The notes: generated by a model from the sequence alone, not told the origin. DNA of 64,000 nucleotides from the human T2T-CHM13v2.0 reference genome, Homo sapiens (GCF_009914755.1 NC_060947.1); one strand, 5' to 3'. Positions 43,556 through 59,947 are shown, counted from the first letter of the stretch. Program-made: numbers and translations.

Positions 43556-43989
43556 AATTATATTAATTATTGATTATTATTAACAATGTTACTAGACCTT
43601 AGAATGTTTTAATTTCCTCAAGGAATAACATTTAAAATTTGAAAATTTACAAGAATTTTGAGTTGGAAAGTTTTGCAAAGGGGCCATTTTTAATTTCCAT
43701 TTGTGATGTTTTAAATAGTTTAATAAAATAATTTTATTTGAGAAAAAATGACTTTGATTATCATCAGTCTTACAACAGAATAAAAAATGAGTGTAGTCAA
43801 TAATCCTCTATTATCTTGTAAAGCAGTGTTACTTTAAATGTAGACATTCATAGGCTTGGAAACCCTCACTGATACAAATGCCCTGAAGCTTAACATTCTT
43901 CAAACCTCTGGAAATTTGTCCAAGAGGTAATTTGTTTTTTGTTTGTTTGTTTGTTTGTTTCTGTGTGTGTGTGTGTGTTTTTTTTTAAA

Positions 43990-44165
43990 TACATTCTCAT
44001 GACCACCTGCCTTTGGATCCTATAAGGTGCTACTTAATCATGCAGCTTCCTGGGCCTTAGCTCAGCCTAAATAAATCAGAATCTCTTGGAATGAGGCTCT
44101 GCAGGTTCCATGTCTATCAGGTCTCTCAGGTGACTCATGCATAGTAAATGTTGAAAAATTCTAAT
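43990..44165. mobile_element. MER5-like MITE
   Basis: atgcagcttcctgggcc...aaatcagaatctct...caggtgactcatgca. Confidence 0.55.
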
Positions 44166-44547
44166 CCATTGGACCACAAGAAAATGTTGTCAGTGTTTCT
44201 GTCTTATGGTTTTCACAACTAGGAGCAGATGCCCCTTTCTTTCACAGATAAGCTTTGGCTTTCCTCATGGATCAGCTAAATAAATTAACAGCTTTTAGTG
44301 GCAGCAATTTGGGGGCTCTAAGCAGAGACTTGCACCTGTTATAGTCTAGAGAAACATATACGAGAAAATAAAGAATCAAAAATTGCTGTACTTTATCCTC
44401 TGCAAAATGTGTTAAGATATGAAAAGACTCATGGGTTTTGTGGCTCTTTTATCACTCTGGGAAACCTCAGCCATCACTTTCAACATTTCCTCAGTTCTAG
44501 TGGCATCTTCAGGAGAAACTTCTTACTTCAGGAAAATGTGTCTTTTA

Positions 44548-45695
44548 AAAAGACTTAGACGTAAGACCTAGGACCATAAAAATCCTAGAAGAAAACCTGG
44601 GCAATACCATTCAGGACACAGGCATGGGCAAAGACTTCATGCCTAAAACACCAAAAGCAATGGCAACAAAAGCCAAAATTGACAAATGGGATGTAATTAA
44701 ACTAAAGAGCTTCTGTACAGCAAAAGAAACTATCATCAGAGTGAACAGGCAACCTGCAGAATGGGAGAAAATGTTTGCAATCTATCCATCTGACAAAGGG
44801 CTAATATCCAGAATCTACAAAGAACTCAAATTTATAAGAAAAAAACAAACCACCTCATCAAAAACTGGGCAAAGGATATGAACAGACACTTCTCAAAAGA
44901 AGACATTTATGCAGCCAACAGACATACAAAAAATGCTCATCATCACTGGTCATCAGAGAAATGCAAATCAAAACCACAATGAGATACCATCTCACACCAG
45001 TTAGAATGGCAATCATTAAAAAGTCAGGAAACAACAGATGCTGGAGAGGTTGTGGAAAAATGGCAACACTTTTACACTGTTGGGAGTATAAATTAGCTCA
45101 ACCTTTGTGGACGACAGTGTGAAGATTCCTCAAGGATCTAGAACTAGAAATACCATTTGACCCAGCAATCCCATTACTGGGTATATACGCAAAGGATTAT
45201 AAATCCTTCTATGATAAAGACACATGCACACGTATGTTTATTGTGGCACTATTCACAAAGCAAAGTCTTGGAACCAACCCAAATGTCCATCAATGATAGA
45301 CTAGATTAACAAAATGTGACACATATACACCACGGAATGCTATGCAGCTATAAAAAAGGATGAGTTCATGTCCTTTGCAGGGACATGGATGAAGCTGGAA
45401 GCCATCATTCTCAGCAAACTATCACAGGGTCAGAAAACCAAACACTGCATGTTCTCACTCATAAGTGGGAGTTGGACAATGAGAACACATGGACACAGGG
45501 CAGGGAACATCACACACCATGGCCTGTTGTGGGGTGGGGGGCTAGGGGAGGGATAACATTAGGAGAAATACCTAATGTAAGTGATGGGTTGATGGGTGCA
45601 GCAAACCACCATGGCACGTGTATACCTATGTAACAAAACTGCACGTTCTGCACATGTAACCCAGAACTTAAAGTATAATAATAATTAAAAAATAA
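44548..45695 (+). mobile_element. 5'-truncated L1PA6/7-like element
   Basis: ORF 44624..44881 ([34 protein letters not shown]) is the L1 ORF2 C-terminus; complete 3'UTR. Confidence 0.93.
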
Positions 45696-45878
45696 GGTTG
45701 ATGGCATCTAAGGTAAAATAGTGAAGCGAACTTATAATTTTGCATAATGCGTTTTTTGTTCAGAAGCAGTTTTTAAAAATTGATAATCAGTAATCAAATT
45801 AGGTGTTTACCTTCTCCTGTTAAAATTATAGTCTGTTAATATTTACCATATTAAAAATTATTTTTGTGTGTTTTACAG

Positions 45879-46038
45879 GAATTGCACTGCCTCCTAAAGG
45901 AAATATAGATATCTCATTGTTATTTATACCTCAAATTATGAAATTACACAAAACAATGGTTATTATTGAGATGACGAAAGCAAATGGAAAATATTGGCCT
46001 ATTGACAATTTTGATGAGTTGGATATAAAATTTAAAAG
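45879..46038 (+). CDS. CFAP47: Internal coding exon (GIALPPKGNIDISLLFIPQIMKLHKTMVIIEMTKANGKYWPIDNFDELDIKFKS)
   Basis: Acceptor tttttgtgtgttttacag|G, donor AAG|gtaaca; 160 nt, phase 1/2. Confidence 0.8.
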
Positions 46039-47003
46039 GTAACATTTAAATAAAGACATTGAAGGAAAATAATTTTATTTTGACAGCCACTGACATGCTA
46101 GGTTTCTTTTACATGTTATACATATATAATGTCAAGCTCATGATTTTATATTCTCTGAACTGTTGAAATTCATATGTTCAGAGGAGGAAAATATATTTGT
46201 CATGTGGATATATATAATGTATAGAAAATAATATATACATATATATATATCTCTAATGGTTGATTTGAAGCTCAGAGTGATGAACAACTTTAATCTTAAG
46301 TATCATTATCAGTGAATCAAAGTCAGAGACATGCAAAGGGACTCCTTTCTGACATGGAAAATAGTGACTGCTAACATAATAAATAATCAGTATACAGAGG
46401 ACAACCTAAAACAGCTTGTCTGAGTGAAGTGAATTCATGATACTGGAATTCACACTGTGCCAGGTGGATATGACATCCATCATATGAAACTGCCATGGCT
46501 AGAGGTATTCTGCCACTGCCAGAATGCAAGTTACTTGTATCTTTCTTGCTTAGCTGGAAGTTAAGCAAAATTCAATAATCGTGCAAAATCTAAATGTGTT
46601 CTCTGTTCTTATAGTTTAATTAAATGATAATCTGGAAATCTTAGTTAAAAATAAATTTTTACTTTGTCCTACATGTGCATATTTCTTTCCTTCATTTTTT
46701 GCCAGTTCTTTACTGTGGGCCCATTACTATCCATTCTACCATGCATTTTCACCACTCTTATAGTCAAGATTGGCTACATAAATTGTAAGTCTCAGTGAAA
46801 AATGAGAATGAGCAAACTTAATATTTTGCTCAATAACTATGAAGAATTTCAAAACAGTTACAGGAATGCATTAAAGAAGCTTGAAGGCCTTCTAAGGATG
46901 GGATCTTATTCTTTTGCATAAGCCCCATGCTCAACCTGTCTTGCCTGCAATGTCTTGTCTTTCATTTTAATGAAAAAAATCCCAACTTCAAAAATGATCA
47001 TAA

Positions 47004-47312
47004 ATTTTTTTAATTAATTGATTAATATTTTGAGATGGAGTCACACTCTGTTGCCCAGGGTGGAGTGCAGTGGCATGATCTTAACTTACTGCAACGTTCG
47101 CCTCCCAGGTTCAAGCAATTCTCCTGCCTAGCCTCCTAAGTAGCCAAGATTACAGGTGTGTGCCACCACGCCTGGCTAATTTTTGTATTTTTAGTAGAGG
47201 TGGGTTTTCACCATGTTTGCCAGGCTGGTCTTGAACTCCTGACCTCAAGTGATCCGCCTGCCTCAGCCTTCCAAAGTGCTAGGATTACAGGCATGAGCCA
47301 CCATATCTGGCC
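47004..47312 (-). mobile_element. AluSx-like
   Basis: Reverse Alu dimer. Confidence 0.92.
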
Positions 47313-47787
47313 TATAAACATTTTCTAATATTGCTGTGCTCCTAATGTTGTATGATGCACCTAAAATATTTGGACAAATGCCCCCTTTCTTTTAAGTAGT
47401 ATCCTCCAAAAGTAAATGCCTCACAAAATTCTGAAGTACTGTACTTCATGGCAGTTTTTGTTTTGTGCTTTGCCCATCCAATATAGAATAGATCCCAAGA
47501 GGGCTATAGTACCTCTCATTAAAGTAGGGAAAAAAGCTCTTCAATTTTAACTTATATTTCATGATGGTTTCATTACAGTTTGCTTTGTGATGATTTTCCA
47601 GGGTTTGCTTTGAAATGTTTATAAAATCAGTATTTGCAGAAAATGTTCTTTCTTTCATCAGTTGCTCTCTACCAAAGTCTGAATTTACAAGCTTTACTAA
47701 AATACCATAAAGTTAATAAATAATAAGCTTTTTGTTAATATGGAGTTTCTCCTTTTGTTCCCTCTTAATATTTTAATTTCTAATTAG

Positions 47788-47882
47788 TATTGTGGGAATC
47801 GACAGCGAAGAAATCCAAGCAATACACTGGATATACCCTATTGTTGGACTCCCACAAGCACCACCTCCTAAATCTCCCCCAG
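47788..47882 (+). CDS. CFAP47: Internal coding exon (SIVGIDSEEIQAIHWIYPIVGLPQAPPPKSPPV)
   Basis: Acceptor ttttaatttctaattag|T, donor CAG|gtaggt; 95 nt, phase 2/1; overlaps ORF 47792..47977. Confidence 0.8.
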
Positions 47883-50800
47883 GTAGGTATACATTAGGGT
47901 CAGAGAATGCCAGAATTCTTAGAGACCTTAGATATTCTCTATTCCCATCTTTTTTGTTTGAAGTCCAGAGAAAGTAGGTAGTAATGTGAACAGTCCTACT
48001 GGTGGGCATTCTATGACATAAACATGCTCTCCCAATGTGTCCAATGAGTTTTCCACAAAACCACACTATTTTTTGTTGCCTTCCTGTTGGTGAAATGCAG
48101 ATATCGGCTAAAATTAAAATCAAATTAACTTCAGACTCCTTTATTCCACAGAGCTCTGCACTAGATTTGTAAGATTCTCAGGTATACTTGCTCTCAGGTC
48201 ACTTTTAGTCATCCTTTTTCGGCTTCTGTGTAACTCTCGATCTCATCTAAGAACTATGCTGTGGAGATGTGGATCCCTTTATTATTGTCTCAAGCATAAA
48301 ACTTTATGGTGTTCCCCCAAACCAGTCAGAATGTACTGAAGTTTTCAGGAAGGTTAACTTTGCCAGAATAAACACAATATAAAATCTCTGCCCTTAAATG
48401 CCTTTCTTGTTCTCTTTGACCTTTATTATTATTATTTATTTATTTTTTTTTTTGCCTCGGCATACCCTAGACTTCTCTAACGTTTCTGTGTGTTCTCTTT
48501 CCTCAATACTCTTCTCACTTCTTTTGCATTCCTTGATTTTCCCATTGCCTTCCCAGGATCAGCCTAAGAAACAAAATTTCTCTTATATAACCAGTGATAT
48601 TTAGTATCCAGACCTCTTACCAGGCTCTAGATGGCATTCTGCATCACTAAGATGCACTGAATTGCTCTGCAAAGCAAAGGAATATTTATTTTGAATCTCC
48701 CCCTTTAGCAACACAGATGAGTTAAAATAAGTCTTGAAATTTTGCTTTTTCTTTCTCCCTCTGATAACAATCTTTGTAAATAAAAAAGAGTTAGACTTCC
48801 ACTGATGTAATTATATCACCACACTTAGAAAGAAGAGACAGTAGTAAGTTTTGCTTGTAAGTAAAGCATTTCCCCAGATACACTGGTTGTAAAGAAAGAT
48901 CAAGACTACATGTTTCCTTATGTAGTTTAATTTGAACTGGAGTAAAAATCCACAAATGTAGTAATACCTTTGACCACAAATGTCATTTATTTTCCTTGAA
49001 GCATTTTTATTCTTGACTTTAAAAAATCAACACATAGATAAATATTTTAAATATTATAAATTATCTTCAGAATATTTCACAAACTTGTCATAAAATTTAT
49101 TTTATTTCCTTCCAGAAGATAGTTGATTGTATACTTCTGATATAGCTGAACTGCTTAAAATTTATAATACACAGTCATCTGATCAAAGTGATATAATAAG
49201 CCCTAGACAGTACTCTGTTGGAATGCTAATAATACTGTTGCTCATGTCTACTGCAGACAGATTCATTTTATCCAGATTAAAGGTCTAAAGCCAAATTTTT
49301 AGTCAAAAACCATGCTTATGAGAACACAAAAACATAGATTTCTTGCACATGTTTCTTCAAAGACAGTTAAACATCGTCTAGAGCATTTTTGTTTGAGTCA
49401 TTTTTCTTGGTAATTACTTGATTTTTAAATTAAACGTGAGTTCTGTAAATAGCTTGTGTTAGATTAGCACAACCTATCGCAACATTAATGTTCTGAAATA
49501 GAGTGTGTATTAGTTATTAAATCATTTTCCCCAAAATCTAAAATCTATGCTGGTGATTATTTTTATCTACACATGCCCTCGAAAGGCAAGTGGATATAAT
49601 TTTATAAATACATATCATTTACTTTCTGTGTAGTCCATTTTTTGTTCTTAGTAACATCGGATATAACCTACTGCTTTCCCTGCTCACCTATATCATTAGC
49701 AAAGTTTATTAATTCTTTTCTTTTTTATGTATCTGTCACTCGAGTTATTCTCAAACCCAGGATACTTTTTTGTTCTTTAAGCCACATTTTCTCTTTGTGC
49801 ATTCTTATCTACTACTGTCTATTGGGCCAGATAATTGGAAAAACACTCTACTATCTGTCACACTGTAAAGACAATGAAATGATAATTCATTGTGATTGAG
49901 TGATCCATACATTGCCAGAGCACTAATTTCCTAAGGACCTCTAGGACACAACCAGTGACATGATACTAATTGTAACTTTGATAACATTAATTTCTGATTT
50001 AATGCCTTGATACCGAAGATAGTTATAACCAGAAAAGCTTGTACAGTTTTTCCTAGCCATTTTAAACCGTTTAATTTATATATATCATTGTATTCTTATT
50101 GTACATTTCACATACTCATTCTAAATCCAGAATGTTCAATATAAATTTTTAAATTTTAGAATAAAATTTACATTTGTTATAGTATTTTAAACTACAAATA
50201 TATGTATTGTGAAAACACATACATCTGAGGACATCATCTAATTTTGTAGTTTGTGTGAATATATTATTATTGATGCCACAGAATCATAGCATAATACATT
50301 TCACAAGCTTTTTTATATTATGATTCTCCTTTTTCCCCTATATTCAATGTGTATTTGACTTGATAGTAGTAGAGCATTTTATATGTTTGGGAGAAATAAT
50401 ATTCTTATTTATGTGGACTCCAGTACACATGGTTACAGAGCTAATGTCAAAATAATACATTGATATTCCTCCTTGATATAATTGGTAGTTGTACATAAAC
50501 AGACTATTTTGATTTCTCACAACATTGCTGACAAAGTTTTTCACCACTGGAGATGATAAAATATTGGAATTTAATACATATGAAATATATTTATATATAT
50601 ATATTTAATTCTGTACATTAAATTAATATGTAATCACATTTAACTTGAATTTTAAATCATTACAATTTTACTTTTATGTGTTTAAAAGGTAATTTTTATA
50701 AACTTAAAAGTAAATCAAAAATAATTTTAAATATTTTATTTAATTTGAATATGAATTTCATGGTACATGTAAAAACGTAATGAATCTAATAGGAAATATT

Positions 50801-51278
50801 TTTAAAATATTGCAAAATAAGTGTTACAGAACTTATTTTTTTAAATTATTTGAAGGCATTTTCTATAGTATTGTTATAAAAGTAAAGTTTAGTATTATCA
50901 CAATGAACATATATTTCAAAAGGGGAAAAATTCATGCATTTACAATTGCCCCTTGAGTTATGGATCTAACTACATCAGTTCCCGAATCAAATTTCTATAT
51001 CCTAATATAATGTTTTATAATCTAGTATATATCTTACAGATTTATTTTCCTGTGCTATTTTTACATAGTCTTTAATATTCATATTTTCTTCCCAAATGTT
51101 AACTGATGTAGATATTGCATGAATGTGTGTGTGTATGTGTGTATGTGGCCAGATACAATGACAAGTCAAAGTATATCAAAGGAAGTTTTATTTTTATGAC
51201 ATAGTTCATTTTCTTCTATCTCAAGAATGATCATATCACCTACAAGTCAAGTTAACTGGAAATATTTCTCTCCTGCAG

Positions 51279-51431
51279 TTGTCATACAATGTCAGTCCAG
51301 GAAGCGGGCAGAAGAGAAGGTAGAAATCATACTGAATGCTGGTTTTTTCGGATTTAGTCTTACTCCAGATCTGACAGAAGTTTTAGTGATTCCAAAAAGA
51401 AATTCACATAATTTTTGTGAGGATCCCAATG
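51279..51431 (+). CDS. CFAP47: Internal coding exon (VVIQCQSRKRAEEKVEIILNAGFFGFSLTPDLTEVLVIPKRNSHNFCEDPNE)
   Basis: Acceptor tttctctcctgcag|T, donor ATG|gtaaga; 153 nt, phase 1/1; inside ORF 51227..51466. Confidence 0.8.
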
Positions 51432-51894
51432 GTAAGAGAACTACGGTTATAGAAAAAATAAAATGAAAAAAGAAACTTAGTTTCCATGAATTGCAGGTTG
51501 CTGATTGTGCAGTTACATTAAGATCCATGTCCATTTACTTTTCATTTCACTACTTATTCACATAGTGCTTAAGGAGTGTTCCGTTGTTATGTGTGTTATT
51601 TTCACGTAGCTCAAACATAACAAGTTACAGTTATCACTAGATTTATAAGATGTAGATTGTGATTCCATCAATAGTGAGAAGAGAGAAAACTGTAGTAACT
51701 ATAATTTCCACTTCCCTCAACTTTGTTTTTTTCTTTTACTCTTTCTTTCTGATTTAAGGATTATGATAATGCCATAAAATGCAGCTTTAAATTTAGAAAC
51801 AAAACCTTGAGTAAATTATTTTCTAATGTAAAGAAATAGAAAATGAACATAAATTAGATATAATATCCAAATAAAGTTTGTATAATAATAATAA

Positions 51895-52253
<359 letters not shown>

Positions 52254-52329
52254 TTACTATCTCAATTAAAAAACATCAAAATAATTTAAAATAGGTTATC
52301 TAATTCTTCAAATATGTGGTGTTTTACTT

Positions 52330-53625
52330 GAGGTAAATATGTGAAACTGAGTGATGTAAGCAACAAGGGAAAGTAGAGAGTTCTGGACCCTCCAAACACC
52401 CACAAACACACCAATTCAGCAATAATTCCCTTCGTAAGACAACAGAAACTAATTGAAAGTTTCTTGCACTTCAGGAGGAACCAGACTTACCAAAGCCTTT
52501 AGGGAGATTTAGGACACCCTCTTGCCAAAGACCCTGTGCTTGGCAAAGGGTCTTCTCATGACACATTGGTCTTGGCAATGATTTCATGGATATAACACCA
52601 AAAGCACAGACAAAAATAAAATAAAATAAGTAGGACTACATTAAACTGAAAAGCTTCCTCACAACAAAGGAAACAATCAACAGGGTGAAAAGATAACACG
52701 TGGAATGGTAGAAAACATTTGCAACCCATATATCTGATAAGTGGTTAATCTTAAGGAGCTCCTACAACTCAATTAAAAAAAAACTAATAATCTGATTTTT
52801 TAAATAAGCAAAATACTTGAATAGACATTTCTCTAGAAAAGACATATGAATGGTGAAAACTATATGAAAAAAAGTTCAATATCACTAATTAGGGAAATAC
52901 AAATCAAAACCACAATGAGATATCACCTCACACCTATCACCATGGCTAACGTCAAAAAAAAACGTGTTGATAAAGATGTGGAGAAATTTGAACCCTTGAA
53001 CATTGTTGGTAGGAATGCAAAATGGTTCATCTGCTATGGAAAACAGTCTAACAGTATGAAAGCTCCTCAAAAAATTAAAAAGAGAATTATCATCTATTAT
53101 CTAGCAATCCCTCTTCTGGGCATTTATTCAAAAAAATTGAAATCGGGAGTTCCAAGAGAGGTCTGTATTCCAATGTTCATTGTAACATTATTAACAATAG
53201 CCAAGATATAGAAACAACCTAAATTTATGTCCTCAGATGAATGGATAAAGAAAATGTAGCATATACTATCTTGAAATAATATTCAGCCTTAAAAAGGAGG
53301 AAATTCTATAATGTGCAATATCATGGATGGACCTAAGTGAAATAAGCCAGTCACAGAAAGACAAAACTACATGATACCACTTAATATGATAAATTTGAAA
53401 TACTCAATCTCATAGAAGCAGAATAATATGGAATAATAGTTGCTAGGATCTGGAAGGGAGAAGAAATGGGGAGTTGAACATTGGGTATAAAGTTTCCATT
53501 GTACTAAATGCATAAGTTCTAGGGATCTGTTGTAAAACATAGTGCTTAGAGTTAACAATATTGTGTGGTGCACTTAAAATGCACTTTAAAAATATTAAGA
53601 GGGCAGAACTCATGTTACAGTAACT
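52330..53625 (+). mobile_element. L1MA (MA9/10-like) 3' fragment preceded by a probable L1M 5'UTR piece
   Basis: ORF 52846..53211 resembles the ORF2 C-terminus ([16 protein letters not shown]...AIPLLGIY); 3'UTR taagttctagggatctg. Confidence 0.8.
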
Positions 53626-56600
53626 GTAAAGGAAGGTAAATAAATGCTTATACATATAAACCATTTTAACATGTTCTTGCTACTTTAAATTGCTTAAGTT
53701 GTACTCTTGTCAGGTTGTAAACTAAAGAAATTGCAATTCTGATCATATACATTGATTATACTTATAACCTAAAAAATCCACTTAACTCCTAGATAATCAG
53801 GGTCTTGAAAGAAGCTACCAACATCATTTTGGGAACTTTGAAAGTCATATTTAGGAGAGCAATCTCTCTCAAAATAGCTCTTGAAAATATACCTTTTGAT
53901 ATGGCTCTTATTTTACTGCTTCCTTATTTTTCATGATGAAAAACAGTATTTACTATTGAAAATAACTGTCGGGAAGGTTTGCAGTCTCATCTCCACCCGT
54001 CATTCTCTCTAAAACAGCTTTTGTTTTCTCTGCTCTCTGCTCAATACCACCACACTCAACAAGCTCATTCATATTTTGGCTAACTTGTGAATCTTTTTTG
54101 TTCTCCTGATGTATGTCCTGCTATATAGAAGAATAGACCAGTCTCTTCTCAAATTTAACATAGTTCTTTCTATATAGTGCCTAAATATTTAAAAAAAGGA
54201 ATCGACCTCATTGTCTCCTTAAAGACATATGGCAATAACTTGGTTCCTTTCCCCTGCCCTTATTCCAAAGGTGTAGCCAACTCTCTACAAAATCTGTAAT
54301 TCTCTCTGCTTGACCCTCCTTTGACACCTTTTTCTTTATGAAAGGACAAATCTTACCAGAAAGTCTGAATACTACTTTAGTCTTTAGTATATGCAAAAGC
54401 AGACTAGCTCCTTTCTCACTCCTGTGCAATTTAATTACAGTTTACTCAGCACATTAAGAATAGGAGTCATGTTGACCATGCAGTCTTGTACTTCCTGTTG
54501 TCTCCTAAGTCCCTTCTAGTGGAAATTAAAGCACTACACTGAGTGGCATGGACTCTGATAGGATTTTAAGAGTGATAATTAATCACATACTTGTCTTCTC
54601 TCATCTGAGTTTGAAACTAACTGAGAGGCAGATATAAAAATAAAGCAGATGGAAATCAAAGTGTTAGCTTTATTAGTTATACAAATGAATTGGAAAATGA
54701 CTTGGAACTGTGGAGAAATTTGGGCTTTTAAATACCTTCCACCAAAATTGAGTGCATTCATGCCAAACTGGCCAGTTGTGAACTCCTTGCAGGAACAAAC
54801 AACTTACACATGAGCGAGTAGAAGAAAGTGTGAATCCTGGAATCAAGACATTGGGGAAGAAAGAGAAGGGTATGCTCACCTGCTCATGTTCCATTCCTTC
54901 ACTCAAATTCACTGATCAGATATGTTGCTTTTCCACCCGTGGCAAGTCATCATGAAGGAGGCAGATTGAGGCTGAGATATTTTTCTCCTATACTTTTTCC
55001 CTTCTTGAGAGTGAATAGGCCTCTTTATGTAAACCTGATAAGTAGGAGATAAGAATTCCCAGCATTCCCTTCCCATTATATTCATCATAGAATTTCTGAG
55101 TCACATAAAACTATCAAGCTTCATTAAATGAAAATACAAGGACCACTGTGCTCTCTTCATCCTTACTCATCACACATACCTTTAAGTAAACTGGGATTGA
55201 TTACCTTCATGTCTTTATCATTCAGCAACAATCCAGCAAGCATCTTTTCTGCCAGATACTACATTCAGCTCCAGAGGTGCCAAAATTAGCAAAACACATA
55301 CTCTGTTGTTAAGGTTTTCAAAAATATTTATTCAACATGATAAATCTATGCACCTGTACTATTTACATCAATTGGTATTGTCCTATTGAAATATTATTAT
55401 TCTTGGATTTTTAGACTGTTTTGCAGTGTCACTTCTGTAAGATTACAAATTACTCTGTGGGCAAGATTTCTCCTATAAGTGTATTTCTTCTTCCTAAGTA
55501 CCTCCTGGTCCATGCATTCTTTGTAATTCTCTATGGATTAGTTCAGTGACTTTCTCGGGGCTTTCTATCTGAAAGTAGTTTTAGTCATGCCCCTTAATTT
55601 TATTTCCCAATTGTTCTATAGCTCAATACTGTTTTTCTTTGATTAATCTGTTGTCTTTTTTCTGTGTGATGTTCTGATTTATGTGACATATGTGTCTCAT
55701 TTCATCCCAGGCCAGTCATCTTCCTGTGTCGTATTTGCCTGTTTTTTGTAAACTCCCATGTCAGGTTTGGCCTGTAATCACAAACAGCTCCTGAGAAACC
55801 TGTCATTGTTCCTCCTGTGACCTCATATTGACCTCCTGTCCTTGATTCTTTGCTCTGTTTCTCTTCACTTTGTTTTTTTCTGATCAACTTACTTCATTCA
55901 GCCTTTGTCCTGCTTACTCTAATAGGATTAACCTTGAAAAGACTGCCAACCTTATCCAGTGTGCCTAATACAGCAGTCATATCTGTGTTCCACATGTCAT
56001 TAGCATTTACCAGTTGATCAAGTTGAAGTACTTTCTGCCCTTGGCTTTCATGACTAACCTTATTAATTTATTATCACACTGGTTGACCCTTCTTGATTTC
56101 TGTTATTTTCTTTTCTGACCTAACTTTTTGAGTGCCCTAGGGCTCTGCTCTGAGAGCCACCACATTCCTATGCACAAATTATGTCCTGCACCCTTCCAGA
56201 CAATGATGCTAATGGTGCTAATGGTGCTTCTGCAGCAATTGTGCCATATGACAAACCTGCTATACTGAGTTGTAAAGTCTTAAGTCAGACTGCTTGGGTT
56301 CTTTTATTTAGTATTAATCTTGAATAGAGTCTGAAATTGGATGCTAATCACTAGTAGTCTAGTTGTCTCCTGTTATTCTTAGAAGTCCCACATCTTCACC
56401 ACACCCTGCATTGTCTCGCTCTTTTCTACTTTGCCTGCTTCACGGTTTGATAAACTCCTCTCACCCTCTCTGCTCTGCCCTCATAAGTTCTTTCTCAAGT
56501 GGGCCCAGCTGGTTTTCACCATGAACAATTCCTGCAGTCTGAGTAATTCCTGCAGGCTGCTTTGATGAGTAGAAGGAGTTTTCTCCCTCTCTACATCCAG

Positions 56601-57079
56601 CTAACCTTTACTCATCCTTCAGTTTGGTGTGTTGGTCTCTTCCTCTGGAATCCTTAGCAGTGATGTTCCCAGGACCTGTGCTCTCATGGGATCCTCTACT
56701 TCTCCATGGTAGTAGTTATCACAGTAGTAATTTAAAAACTAGTTGTGGCATTAGTAGTTATTGTCAGTTTCTTCCTCTTGATCATCAACTCCATGAGGAC
56801 AAGAATTAGACGTCTCATGTCAAGGAAAACCTTTAATTAATATTTGCTGAATGAATAAAGAAATGAAAATATAAATAACGATAAGAAAAACATTATGTTT
56901 TTAATGTATGTTTAGGTGTTGGCTGTGGAAACAAAATTATTTGCCCCTTATTCATGAATTTAGCCATAGCTATAAAGTTTCCCCGAGGTAAAAATTTATA
57001 GGTCTTCATCAGCAGTTCATGAAAATGTATACAGAAGGGGAGGCAACTGACAATAGAGGTGCTTTGAGAAGGCAAGCAT

Positions 57080-58270
<1,191 letters not shown>

Positions 58271-59079
58271 TCGCATCACTGGGCTGAGAGGGTTGGATTC
58301 TGGATTAGCACAGCTGTAGATCCAGTCAATTCATGGTTCTCTGACCTCTCTTCCAAGTTCCATATGCAACAAACTTCTTGATTTGTGAGTTGGGCTCCTT
58401 ACATATAACTGGAGAGTAAGTTTAATACATGTTTGTACCTCTCATCTACATGCTAGCTCTGGATTTAAGATATTTTTCATGTGCAGGGGACAAAAAACTA
58501 CTACTTTTCTTTGGTAACCTACTCATTAAGAAAATATTTGTTCATCATATTGTCTGTATACTCCAACACTAAAACATGAGGAGCAGTTTTTGTTAATCAA
58601 AATATACCAGAAATTGAAAATCCTGATCTAATAGTTTGAAATGCTGTTTCAATATTGTTTAAACTTAATTCAAAGCAAGTTTTAAATGACTTCTTCATAA
58701 GTTTTAAGTCTATAGGTTTTTAATACATTTATTATATAGAGCAAATGTCATTATTTTCATTAGGCAGTTAATGATTATTAATTTCCATGTGGCCTTTCTT
58801 GTTTTATAGACCTGAATTATAAAGATTTAAGAGTGGTGAGAATTGTCTTCTATGTTTATTTTTATATGCATTCATTTATTTATTAACTTGTTAACAAAAA
58901 TATACTGAGTATCATTATATGCCTGATAATGCACTAGACTTTATAGACATTAAGCTAAATAATATATACCCCCTCCCTTTCTCTAAATACCTGTGCATTG
59001 TTAGTCTTGACAGGTAATTGATATTAAATCTATGCATATTTAATTAAATTGAAATATATTTTCATCTTGACTTTCCTAG

Positions 59080-59251
59080 AAATTCCTAAAATACATGAAT
59101 TCGAGTATGAAATTCAATTTGAATCTGAAGCTATGAAGTCTAAGTTGGAATCCTGTGTAGCTTTATATATGATTGAAAAATCTTATGATATTATGGCTAA
59201 AAGGATAACATTTATCTTCAATCTGGTATTCACACCAAAGAAACCATTAAG
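59080..59251 (+). CDS. CFAP47: Internal coding exon (EIPKIHEFEYEIQFESEAMKSKLESCVALYMIEKSYDIMAKRITFIFNLVFTPKKPLR)
   Basis: Acceptor cttgactttcctag|A, donor AAG|gtaaat; 172 nt, phase 1/2; inside ORF 59049..59255; gene continues beyond the window. Confidence 0.8.
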
Positions 59252-59947
59252 GTAAATCTACTTTCCTCTTTTTTATTTAAACAATAGTATTACCCTTTTA
59301 AATGTATTAATGTTGATTTCTCTTTTTATTTCTCAATATTTGAATTGCAATACTTATTTAATATTATTGAGAAATATTTTGGGCTAGATTACATCTAGCT
59401 ACAAAAAATATTCTCATGAGAAGAATGTAGTCTAAATGGTTGAAAATCTAAGATATCCCTCAAGAATTATGACTTCCCTAAGGTCATTAGTGTATCACAT
59501 TAATGAAAGAGAATATTCTCTTCTGTAAAATCTTTTTTTAAAAAAGCTGATTTAGCGTTGTGCAATAGCAACATGATATTTCTTGATGTTGCTTATCAGA
59601 ACCAGTTCAAATGATGCAAATGCCTAAGCTATATTTTACATTGCAACTGCTTTCATTACATTTTACTACTCAATACATAACATTACACATTCCTTAGTAA
59701 GATATAAGTGAATCTGTGCGAAGGGTGGCCTTTAGATGTCTGTCCTCTAGGAAACTTCATTCAGTGTCATTATATTTGCTTTCTGGACACCTGTTACTCA
59801 GCATCTGCAAACACTATATGATATTTCACTATGAAATAGTGCTTTATTGTGTCTAAATGCAGAGACACTGATAAGCACCATGATATACACAAAGTACAGC
59901 CTGGCAATGAAAAAACAATTGAAAATATTATTTGTGTTTTTAATGAT

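Noticed and set aside
44624-45633. L1 ORF2-like peptides (also 41128, 41590, 52846, 63573)
   Set aside because: 5'-truncated, frameshifted L1 remnants; not retrotransposition-competent.
47773-48123. Antisense ORFs overlapping exons (also 51292..51534)
   Set aside because: Shadow ORFs opposite coding sequence; no independent support.
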